Made by a program: the position numbers and the translations under genes | The notes under the pieces: generated by a model | Seen by the model: the letters and a program-made list of their open reading frames with translations, nothing else | The model's database searches: none | What the model was told of the DNA's origin: nothing | Part shown: positions 27,416 through 35,142 of the stretch, one piece after another | Layout of the letters: every line of letters begins with the position of its first letter | Numbering within the stretch: the stretch's first letter is position 1 | Source of the DNA: Oscillospiraceae bacterium | GTDB lineage: Bacteria; Bacillota; Clostridia; Oscillospirales; Acutalibacteraceae | DNA: 64,000 bases | Direction of reading: 5' to 3' | NCBI GenBank assembly: GCA_009779495.1 | Contig: WRED01000003.1 | Coordinates: 8,459-72,458 of the forward strand

Positions 27416-28375
27416 ATGAAAGTGTTTATCAGCTGGTCGGGTGACCTAAGCAACAGATTCGCGGCGAAGCTTGCCTCTTGGATTCGCTGCGTCATTCAAA
27501 ATGTAGAGGTTTTTTATTCTCCGGAGGATATTGAGAAAGGCGAAAACTGGAGCAAAAAACTGTCGGATGAGCTTGCGGGCAGCAACTTCGGGATCGTCTG
27601 TTTAACGCCGCATAACGTTACCGCCCCATGGATTCATTTTGAGGCGGGCGCTTTGGCAAAGGCCCTTGACTCGCGCCCGGCGACGCTGATGATCGGCGTC
27701 AAGGATTCCGACGTGAAAGGACCGCTTTCGCAATTCCAGAATACGAAGCTGGAAAAAGACGATATTTTCCGTCTGATGCAGGCTATTAACAGCCGTACTG
27801 AAAAACCGTTATCGCCTGATGTTTTGAGCCACACGTTCAACACCTTTTGGCCGGAGCTGGAAAGGCACATAAAGGAAACCCTGAAAAGCGGTTTTGATAC
27901 AGAACCGCCCGAACAACATAATGAAGAACCAAACGCCGAAGCGATAGAGGAAATATTGCGGATCGTCAGGAAGCTAGGCGGAAAGTCGGAAACCAAAGAT
28001 CAGAAAGTGATTGCGTTTCCTCCCAAAAATATCTATAATGGTTTTATTTCCCTTTCTAAGCTGAAAGAAATTCGTGAGGAAAAAGGGCTTTCTCTCTCTC
28101 AATTGGAATATATGTGTGATCTTCCTTTTGTGTTCCTTAAATGTGTTGAAGAAGGGACGCACTCAATCTTATTTCATGAGGCGGATAGAATTGCTAACGC
28201 GTTAGGCGTGTCTGTAGAAGATTTGATCGGATTTAACATAGCGGATCAAAAAAAAGGAGCTGACCCCCATGCCCTTCACCCCTCAAACCCTGGACTTCCT
28301 CACCGAAAACCGCCTGCAAAACAGCAGAGCCTGGTTCACGGAGCACAAGCCCGCCTACACCGAGCGTGTCCTTGA
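27416..28375 (+). CDS. TIR-domain protein fused to a C-terminal XRE-type helix-turn-helix domain
   Basis: Residues 1-140 carry a bacterial TIR signature (VFISWSGD, SPEDIEKGENW, GIVCLTPHNVTAPWIHFEAGAL; candidate catalytic Glu76). Residues 212-272 match the XRE HTH pattern (LKEIREEKGLSLSQLEYM...EEGTHS...IANALGVSVEDLIG). Strong RBS AAAAGGGGGGA. The last 107 nt overlap the next gene. Confidence 0.75.
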   Translation: MKVFISWSGDLSNRFAAKLASWIRCVIQNVEVFYSPEDIEKGENWSKKLSDELAGSNFGIVCLTPHNVTAPWIHFEAGALAKALDSRPATLMIGVKDSDVKGPLSQFQNTKLEKDDIFRLMQAINSRTEKPLSPDVLSHTFNTFWPELERHIKETLKSGFDTEPPEQHNEEPNAEAIEEILRIVRKLGGKSETKDQKVIAFPPKNIYNGFISLSKLKEIREEKGLSLSQLEYMCDLPFVFLKCVEEGTHSILFHEADRIANALGVSVEDLIGFNIADQKKGADPHALHPSNPGLPHRKPPAKQQSLVHGAQARLHRACP

Positions 28376-28940
28376 GCCGCTGCGTGAGCTGGTCATAAAG
28401 CTCACGCCCGCGATGCTCGCCATTGACCCGCTGTTCATCGTTGAGCCGAAAGTTGACCGCACGATCTCGCGCATCTACCGCGACACGCGCTTTTCAAAGG
28501 ATAAGTCCCTTTACCGCGACATGATGTGGGCCGTCTTTATCCGCGACAAAAAGCTTTACGACGGCCTGCCCGCGTATTATTTTGAGCTGTCGCCCAACGG
28601 GTTCAGATACGGCATGGGCTATTATCAGGCGGGCGCGGCGTCCATGGACAGCTTCCGCAAGCTGATCACGGACAGGGATAAAGCTTTCCTGGAAGCCCTG
28701 GAATGCTATGAAAATCAAAGTGTATTCAAAATCGAGGGCGACGATTATAAGCGCGGCAGATATCCCGAATGGCCCGAAAACTTCCGCGAATGGCTGGACA
28801 AAAAGAGCTTCCACTTCGCGCATAACAGCACGGACTTTGATCTGCTGTTTTCGGAGCTGCTGCCGAACAGACTGGCGGAGGATTTCGCGGCGATCAAGCC
28901 GATATATAATTTTTTGTGCGTTGTCGAACAACGGAAATGA
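28269..28940 (+). CDS. DUF2461 (TIGR02453-like) family protein
   Basis: MPFTPQTLDFLTENRLQNSRAWFTEHKPAYTERV...ISRIYRDTRFSKDKSLY is characteristic of the family. RBS AAAGGAG. Confidence 0.75.
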   Translation: MPFTPQTLDFLTENRLQNSRAWFTEHKPAYTERVLEPLRELVIKLTPAMLAIDPLFIVEPKVDRTISRIYRDTRFSKDKSLYRDMMWAVFIRDKKLYDGLPAYYFELSPNGFRYGMGYYQAGAASMDSFRKLITDRDKAFLEALECYENQSVFKIEGDDYKRGRYPEWPENFREWLDKKSFHFAHNSTDFDLLFSELLPNRLAEDFAAIKPIYNFLCVVEQRK

Positions 28941-28950
28941 ATAAAAAACT

Positions 28951-28991
28951 ACGGACGAACGACTCATCATCGTTCGCCCGTCTTGTTTTTT
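28951..28991 (+). terminator. intrinsic terminator after the DUF2461 gene
   Basis: ACGGACGAACGA (28951-28962) pairs with TCGTTCGCCCGT (28970-28981) with one mismatch, followed by CTTGTTTTTT. Confidence 0.75.
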
Positions 28992-29091
28992 ACTACTCCG
29001 CAGCTAGAAACACAGAAAAATCAAGCAAAAAGCTATGATATATGGATTTTGGCGCAGAATTTTTCGTTATGTTTCTTGCTGCGGAGTAGTA
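28991..29091. repeat. class C 101-bp hairpin element, copy 1
   Basis: 22-nt arms TACTACTCCGCAGCTAGAAACA / TGTTTCTTGCTGCGGAGTAGTA. It abuts the stop codon of the GDPD gene and is homologous to 46123-46225. Confidence 0.8.
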
Positions 29092-29997
29092 TTACCCGAC
29101 CTGAAACCCATTCTCCGTAATATGCGGTTCAAACACATCCGTGATAAACTCCCTGATCCCAAGCCCCGCCATCCTTGCCAGCGTCTCCCTGTCGTTGACC
29201 GTCCAGCAACTCAGCCTCACCCCCCGCTTCAGCGCGCCCCTTATGACATCATCTTTGTTGTACTCGCTGTGCGCGTTGAACGAAAGCGCGGCGTTTTCCT
29301 GCTCCCCGCAAAAGCGGATGGCCCTGCGGTCGATTTTCTCAGTCATCAGCCATATCTCCGTTTCGGGGCTCATCTCCCTGAATTTCAGCAACGTTTTCCC
29401 CTTGGACGACGCGACGATCACGTATTCCGCGATCTCAAGCCCGTCCAGCGTTTTTTTCAGCGACTCAAGTCCCCTGCCGCTGACGGACTTCAACTCCATG
29501 ACCGGCGTCATGTTGTGCTCCACGCATACCGTGAGCGCCTCTGAAAGCGTCGGGATGCCGAGCCGCCCATACTCCTCAAAGTTCGCGCCGTTGTTGAATT
29601 TATACGTCAGAAGCCGCTTGAACGTCCTCGACGCCACCTTGCCCGCGCCGTCCGTCATGCGGTTGACCGTAGCGTCGTGCATCAGCACGAGCACGCCGTC
29701 CCTCGTTTCGCGCACGTCAAATTCGACGCGGCTGAACATGGCCGCGCCCGCCTCGGCGATGGCCGCCAGAGAATTTTCCGGCGCAACGGCGGAAAAGCCC
29801 CTGTGTGCGCAGAGGACGATGTCCTCCTTGCCCTTGACCTCGACGACGGTCGAAAGCTTGATCGTATCCCGCGCCGTGACCTCGGCCTCAAACTTGCGCA
29901 AATAGTACTGCGCGAAAAACACGCCCGCCCCTGCCACCACCGCCACAAGCGTCAGGCAGAGGACAAAGCCGGTTATTTTTTTCAGCCTTTTTTTCAT
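29092..29997 (-). CDS. membrane-anchored glycerophosphodiester phosphodiesterase family protein
   Basis: N-terminal TM helix. GDPD motifs CAHRGFSAVAPENS and VEFDVRETRDGVLVLMHD. Confidence 0.8.
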   Translation of the reverse strand: MKKRLKKITGFVLCLTLVAVVAGAGVFFAQYYLRKFEAEVTARDTIKLSTVVEVKGKEDIVLCAHRGFSAVAPENSLAAIAEAGAAMFSRVEFDVRETRDGVLVLMHDATVNRMTDGAGKVASRTFKRLLTYKFNNGANFEEYGRLGIPTLSEALTVCVEHNMTPVMELKSVSGRGLESLKKTLDGLEIAEYVIVASSKGKTLLKFREMSPETEIWLMTEKIDRRAIRFCGEQENAALSFNAHSEYNKDDVIRGALKRGVRLSCWTVNDRETLARMAGLGIREFITDVFEPHITENGFQVG

Positions 29998-30037
29998 ATC
30001 TATGATCCATTCTTGTTCAAGTTGAATGGTTATATAT

Positions 30038-30481
30038 CTAAAGCGGCTTCACGTAAGCCGTTTTTCCTTCGCTTGAGTAACCCGCCCGCATATAAAGCCG
30101 GTGTACCGACTCCTCTTTTTTCCCCGTGATCAGCATCAGCTTATAGCAGCCCTCCGTGCGCGCGATCTCCTCCGCGTGAGCCAGCAGCGCGGAGGAAAGC
30201 CCTTTGCGGCGGTACTCCCCGTGGGTCACGACATGCTCGACCACAGCGTATGAACGAAGTGATTGAGTCAGGCCTGGCAGCACCGTCAGCGTCAGCGTCG
30301 CGGCAATCACACCGTCTGTGACGGCGACAAGCAGATGCTGATTTTCAGCGCGGAGGATTCTGTCGAACACGGCTTCCGCGCAGCTGTCGGCGGGCGTGGC
30401 TTCTTTGTCGTTGAGGTGCGTGTACAGGTTCAGCAGGGACTCAAGGTCGCCTTTTTCAGCTTCACGGATCAGAAATGACAT
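30038..30481 (-). CDS. GNAT family N-acetyltransferase
   Basis: ATG at 30481 lies 5 nt after AAGGAGG. Acetyl-CoA-binding context EYRRKGLSSALLAHAE. Confidence 0.8.
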   Translation of the reverse strand: MSFLIREAEKGDLESLLNLYTHLNDKEATPADSCAEAVFDRILRAENQHLLVAVTDGVIAATLTLTVLPGLTQSLRSYAVVEHVVTHGEYRRKGLSSALLAHAEEIARTEGCYKLMLITGKKEESVHRLYMRAGYSSEGKTAYVKPL

Positions 30482-30931
30482 GTTAACCTCCTTATTTATG
30501 CCCAAAAACTTGTGTTATAGTCAAAATAAAAACCTCAACGGGGACGTCTGGAATCAACCTGCCGCTTGTTGTTTTGCGGCTTGCTGCTTGCCGGACCTCC
30601 CCGAATCAGCGAATATTTTACGGCTGTACTGTGATCAGTATTTTCCGCGGCCGGCGGCTCCCCTGTGGACGCGACGGCTAAATTTGTCCGCCACGCCACC
30701 GCATGGCAATACCCGCGAGTTTTCACGAGGGTCGTGACCAAAAATTTTTAATCCTTTTTTGGGCATTGTGCGGTTTCGCAAATCGAAATTTCGGCTTGCC
30801 TTTTGGCCAAAAAGCACAAAACCTAATTTTGAAAAATAAAATTTTTCAAAATTTTTCTCCCTCACGATATCTTATGCGGGATTGCCGGAAATGGGACAGC
30901 TTTCACGGGAGTTTTGAGAGTTGAATGATGA

Positions 30932-31420
30932 TTAATAGCCTAATGTCCCTGTAAGAGACTCGTCGTTTTCAATCCACTCATGAACATCTACAACACGATA
31001 ATGGTCCTTGCCGTCTCTTATGTATACCGTTGAAATACCTGCGTTGATGATTAACCTTTTACACATGGCGCAGCTATTTGCATTTTCCACATAGTTACCC
31101 GCGCTTACATCAATACCGGCGAGATACATTGACCCTCCCATCATTTCCTTTCTTGACGCGCTTATAATAGCGTTTGCTTCCGCGTGGACGCTGCGGCAAA
31201 GCTCATACCTTTCGCCGCGGGCAACTTTCTTTTCTTCCCGTATACACACTTTCATATCGGTGCAATTTTTTCTTCCGCGCGGAGCTCCGACATACCCGGT
31301 CGATATGACCTCGTCGTCTTTTACGATAACGGCGCCATAATGTCTCCTTACACAGGTACATCGCTTTGATACTTGCTCCGCTATGTCAAGATAATAATTG
31401 ATTTTGTCACGCCTGCTCAA
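30932..31420 (-). CDS. deoxycytidylate (dCMP) deaminase, ComEB-like
   Basis: Zinc motifs HAEANAI and SCAMCKRLI. TTG start lies 6 nt after GGGGAG. One 60-nt line hand-counted at about 40% GC. Confidence 0.85.
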   Translation of the reverse strand: MSRRDKINYYLDIAEQVSKRCTCVRRHYGAVIVKDDEVISTGYVGAPRGRKNCTDMKVCIREEKKVARGERYELCRSVHAEANAIISASRKEMMGGSMYLAGIDVSAGNYVENANSCAMCKRLIINAGISTVYIRDGKDHYRVVDVHEWIENDESLTGTLGY

Positions 31421-31454
31421 TTGCTGCTCCCCTAAATCACGTTATATCGCCGGG

Positions 31455-32123
31455 CTATACGATCTTCGTTTTGAACATGATATGCGCGCCCAACAGCGAT
31501 GAAACCACCGTCACAAAAATCAGCGGGCCGACGGCCAGGGACGGCAAAAAGCACAGCGTAAGAATCCCCGCCGCGATGGGTACGATTGAGATTTTCCAGT
31601 GCTTTATAAAGTATCCCGCGCCGATGGCGCCGAACAGCGCCGGCAGAATCTGCTGAAACGCCGGGGCGAACACCGAGCCGGGCGCCGTTATCTTGGGCAG
31701 AATCGGCGTGAAGATCAGCACGCCCGCCGTGATGATCAGCGTCGTGGCGATGGACGAGGACGCGATCGAAATGGTCGTAATCACCTCGCCCTCCTCCGTG
31801 TTCGGGCGCACCTTCGCCGTTTCCATCGCCGACAGCGCGCACGGCAGCTTGAGGTTCGCGATATTGCCCGTCACGAAAGAAAGGTACATGCCGCCCGCGC
31901 CGAGCATCGGCGAGTAGCTGATAACCTCCGCGATGGACGTCGTCCAGTAAAGCGGTATAACCGACGCCAGCCCCTTGAGTATCCCGCTCATGGGCGGCCA
32001 CACGTCCATATGAACGCAGATCAGCAGCGGCACGCTCAGAAGCGCACACAGCGCTGAAACCGACCATATCCTGCCCCAGGTATGTACTTTATCGGAATAG
32101 CTCTTCAACTCTACCCTCTCCAT
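31455..32123 (-). CDS. hypothetical polytopic membrane protein (second gene of a two-gene membrane pair)
   Basis: 222 aa with about 6 TM helices. The start overlaps the stop of the upstream 254-aa gene by 13 nt. Confidence 0.6.
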   Translation of the reverse strand: MERVELKSYSDKVHTWGRIWSVSALCALLSVPLLICVHMDVWPPMSGILKGLASVIPLYWTTSIAEVISYSPMLGAGGMYLSFVTGNIANLKLPCALSAMETAKVRPNTEEGEVITTISIASSSIATTLIITAGVLIFTPILPKITAPGSVFAPAFQQILPALFGAIGAGYFIKHWKISIVPIAAGILTLCFLPSLAVGPLIFVTVVSSLLGAHIMFKTKIV

Positions 32124-32875
32124 TCTAAGAATGCTATGCTCTCGGGCAATATTTGCGCCAGCAGCATCGCCGCGCCCATCGCCCCGAGCATACTCAGCGG
32201 CATGGCGAAAGGCTCAAGCCATTTCACCTTGAACTTATTGCACACCGTCTGCAAAATCAGCATCAGCCCGATGGACACAAGCAGCGCCGACAGGGACAGC
32301 ACGCCCGCGCCGTCGCCGATCACGGCTTCGTCCCCCGCGCCCGCCACGGCTCTGGAGATAAACGCGGAGATCAGCCCGATGAACGCCGCCGCCGACATCA
32401 CGTCCGCCCATTTTTGGTTCATCTGCACGGCCTGTCCGATTTTCTTCTGTATCTTTTTCAGCAGGATGGGCACCAGGATAAGCGGGAACGCGCTGCCTAT
32501 CGTCATGACCCACGCCGCCGCCGCAAAGACCGACTTGTCCTCCACGGGCTGTGACAGATTGCCGCCCATGGCGTTGAGCGCCGCTTCGGCGGCCGTCGCC
32601 TCGTATGTAATGTTGCCGATGACAAGCATCCTCAGCCACGGCAGAACGATGCCCAGCGAGTACGCCAGTGTGATCACTGTCGCGACGATGGATATGGCCG
32701 GGGCGATGGTGAATATCGCGCTCTGCGTAATCGTGTTGCGCATTGTCCCGGACGTTATGCCCAGCTTTTTGCCCTGCTTCCATGCCTTGAGCAGGAAAAA
32801 CATCGACTGGCCGGCGACAAAAACCACAATCCCCAACGCTAAGATATATATGAATGTGCTTTCCTTAAAATCCAA
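32111..32875 (-). CDS. hypothetical polytopic membrane protein (first gene of a two-gene membrane pair)
   Basis: 254 aa with about 6 TM helices. TTG start lies 5 nt after GAGGAGGGA, directly downstream of fucI. Confidence 0.6.
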   Translation of the reverse strand: MDFKESTFIYILALGIVVFVAGQSMFFLLKAWKQGKKLGITSGTMRNTITQSAIFTIAPAISIVATVITLAYSLGIVLPWLRMLVIGNITYEATAAEAALNAMGGNLSQPVEDKSVFAAAAWVMTIGSAFPLILVPILLKKIQKKIGQAVQMNQKWADVMSAAAFIGLISAFISRAVAGAGDEAVIGDGAGVLSLSALLVSIGLMLILQTVCNKFKVKWLEPFAMPLSMLGAMGAAMLLAQILPESIAFLEWRG

Positions 32876-32963
32876 AAAAATCCCTCCTCGGCTTATGCAG
32901 GGGACAATGCCCGCGCCGCCCCCTGCAATTTTACGCGGTTTATTACCTCAACCGCCATAATTC

Positions 32964-34766
32964 TCAATTGTATAAAGCTCCATACGCCGCGCAAGCCCGA
33001 TAGTCCGCGCTCTCAAGCTCCTTCGTGCCGAAAGACGCCCACGCGTGCGGGCGGTAGATATCCGCGTCCGCGACGTTGTGCATGGCCACCGGAATACGCA
33101 GCATACTCGCCATCGTGACGAGGTCCTTGCCGATATGCCCGTAGGTCAGCGAGCCGTGGTTCGCGCCCCAGTTTGCCATCACGGAGTAAACATCCTTAAA
33201 CGCGCCCCCGCCTGTCAGCCTCGGGGCGAACCAGGTGGTCGGCCAGGTGGGGTCGGTTCTCGTGTCGAGCTTTTGATGGACCTCGTCGGGCAGCGTAACC
33301 GAATAGCCCTCCGCGATCTGCAAAACCGGCCCGACGCCCTTGACGAGATTCACGCGGATCATCGTCAGCGGCATAACAGCCTGCGTCTTGAAGTGGGACG
33401 AGAAGCCGCCTCCCCGGAAATACTGATTGTCGGCGGGGCACCAGTCCGTGACGGACAGCATCGCGTCTATGTCACGCTCGTTTACGTCCCACCACGGCTT
33501 GATGACGGGCATTCCGCCCGCGTCTTTCTGCATTCCCGTGGCGTCCAAAGCCGCCGCGCCGGAGTTGATCAGGTGGATAAATCCGCCCGCCGCCGTGCCC
33601 TGCAAACTGTAGCCCGTCACGCGCCGGACGGCCTCGGGGCTCCAGTACGTGCGCACGTCGGCAAAGATGCTGGCCGTCCCTGTCAGCAGCTTGCCGAGCA
33701 GCATGGATATGCCGTTGAGTCCGTCGTTTTCCGTGGCGAACACGACAGGCTCCTTTTTTCCGTTCCAGTCAAAGCTGGAGTTGAGGATCGCCTCGGTGAA
33801 GTCGGCGTTGGGCATGAAATCCGTCCACATGCGCTGCCCCTGGAAGCCGCCTAAAATCGCGTTGCGCCCAAGCGCCTCCTCGTGCCAGCCGTCCTTGGGG
33901 CCGCTGCGCGCCGCCGACAGCTCGTTCGGCATAGTCTCTTTAAGCCTGTCGTTGCCCAGCATGATGTCGCGGCAGATCAGCGTCATTTTCACGCAGAACT
34001 CCCACTCCCAGTCCTTACGCTCGCGGGTATGGGGCTTCGCGTTTTTATCAAAGCCCTCGCGGCAGTTTTGCTTCACCCACGCAAGCGCCTTTTGATATTC
34101 CTCCTGATCATAAATGCCGTATTCCGCGCGGCGTATGACCTCGGTCATGTCCACCCACTCGGCGCGGATACCGAAATAGTCCTGCATAAACTGCGGGTCG
34201 CAAAACGAGCCCGCGATGCCCATGGAGACCGAGCCGATCCCCACATAGGACTTGCCTTTGATCTGGCCCACGGCCGCCGCGCACCGGGCAAACCGCAGCA
34301 GCTTTTCGCGCACATCGGCGGGAATCGAGTTGTCCGCGATATCCTGCACGTCCCGGCCGTAGATAGAGAACGCGGGCAGACCCCTCTGCGCGTGGGCCGC
34401 CATGACAGCCGCGAGATACACCGCGCCCGGGCGCTCCGTCCCGTTGAAGCCCCAGACAGCCTTGACGGTCGTGGGATCAATGTCCATCGTCTCGCTGCCG
34501 TAGCACCAGCAAGGGGTCACGGACAGCGTGGCGCACACGTTCTGCGACGAGAAATAGTCGGCGCACCTGGCCGCCTCCGCGCCGCCGCCGATGGTGCACG
34601 GGGAAATCACGCACTCCACGGGCGAGCCGTCAGCGTAGCGCACGCTTTGCTCGATGAGCGACTTGGCGGCCTCGGCCATCGCGCGGGTCTTTTCCTCAAG
34701 CCCCTCGCGGATGCCGCCCCAGCGGCCGTCGATGATTGGTCTGATACCGATTTTTGGTTTTGACAT
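32964..34766 (-). CDS. fucI: L-fucose isomerase
   Basis: It matches E. coli FucI, as recalled from memory, over the full length ([11 protein letters not shown]..., [45 protein letters not shown]). Confidence 0.93.
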   Translation of the reverse strand: MSKPKIGIRPIIDGRWGGIREGLEEKTRAMAEAAKSLIEQSVRYADGSPVECVISPCTIGGGAEAARCADYFSSQNVCATLSVTPCWCYGSETMDIDPTTVKAVWGFNGTERPGAVYLAAVMAAHAQRGLPAFSIYGRDVQDIADNSIPADVREKLLRFARCAAAVGQIKGKSYVGIGSVSMGIAGSFCDPQFMQDYFGIRAEWVDMTEVIRRAEYGIYDQEEYQKALAWVKQNCREGFDKNAKPHTRERKDWEWEFCVKMTLICRDIMLGNDRLKETMPNELSAARSGPKDGWHEEALGRNAILGGFQGQRMWTDFMPNADFTEAILNSSFDWNGKKEPVVFATENDGLNGISMLLGKLLTGTASIFADVRTYWSPEAVRRVTGYSLQGTAAGGFIHLINSGAAALDATGMQKDAGGMPVIKPWWDVNERDIDAMLSVTDWCPADNQYFRGGGFSSHFKTQAVMPLTMIRVNLVKGVGPVLQIAEGYSVTLPDEVHQKLDTRTDPTWPTTWFAPRLTGGGAFKDVYSVMANWGANHGSLTYGHIGKDLVTMASMLRIPVAMHNVADADIYRPHAWASFGTKELESADYRACAAYGALYN

Positions 34767-34840
34767 GGTTGTAATCCTCCAGTTTAGATTTTAGATAAAT
34801 GAAAAAGCTATTTTAGACGTTTGTTTTGAATTTGAATTTC

Positions 34841-34957
34841 AAAACCCCTCCGGCGCTTCGCGCCACCTCCCCTTGCAGGGGAGGCTTGGAAGCATAAGGA
34901 GAATCCGCCAAAGCCTCCCCTGCAAGGGGAGGTGGCGCGAAGCGCCGGAGGGGTTTT
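34841..34957. repeat. perfect 47-bp inverted repeat with a 23-nt spacer (CCCCTGCAAGGGG family)
   Basis: The left arm 34841-34887 is the exact reverse complement of the right arm 34911-34957. Each arm contains sub-hairpins GGCGC-TTC-GCGCC and CCTCCCC-TTGCA-GGGGAGG. Confidence 0.9.
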
Positions 34958-35107
34958 ATTGCCTAATACAAAAAACTCTTGCACCAAGACAAATGTCTAA
35001 AACAGCCAATAAAAATGGGGTACGGGGAGGGTTACAAAACTCTCCAGTGGAGAGTTTTTCCCAGCCACTTTCGTGGCTTTCGCCTTTAGCGGTCGCAACC
35101 CCGTCAA

Positions 35108-35142
35108 CAATTCTTAATTCTTAATTTTTCATTCTTAATTTA
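35108..35142 (-). repeat. 7-nt periodic array AATTAAG-AATGAAA-AATTAAG-AATTAAG at the kinase gene stop
   Basis: On the sense strand TAA falls at 35137 (the gene stop), 35123 and 35116, with TGA at 35131. Two of the three frames are closed. Confidence 0.6.

Noticed and set aside
28269-28940. DUF2461 as the functional partner of the TIR-HTH gene (a two-gene system).
   Set aside because: The DUF2461 gene has host-like GC (about 60% in one hand-counted line), its own RBS and a family-typical N-terminus. The overlap is better explained by the insertion history of the AT-rich TIR gene. It remains worth checking by co-occurrence analysis.
30539-30740. Possible SRP RNA or RNase P RNA, because of AGGTCCGGCAAGCAGCAAGCC on the minus strand.
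   Set aside because: It lacks the conserved GGAA tetraloop and the AGCAGC symmetric-loop arrangement of SRP domain IV. It also lacks the GGAAAGTCCGGGC core of RNase P. The resemblance is too short to support a call.
30932-31420. The dCMP deaminase gene as a nucleotide-depletion anti-phage gene, given its lower GC (about 40% in one hand-counted line).
   Set aside because: The protein is a standard ComEB-type dCMP deaminase of 162 aa with no extra kinase or sensor domain. Lower GC alone does not support a defence role.
34873-35124. 83-aa ORF in the kinase-fucI spacer, and the N-terminal part of ORF 6759 (PPCKGG...).
   Set aside because: Both are simply translations of the CCCCTGCAAGGGG palindromic repeat. 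There is no RBS and no protein-like composition.
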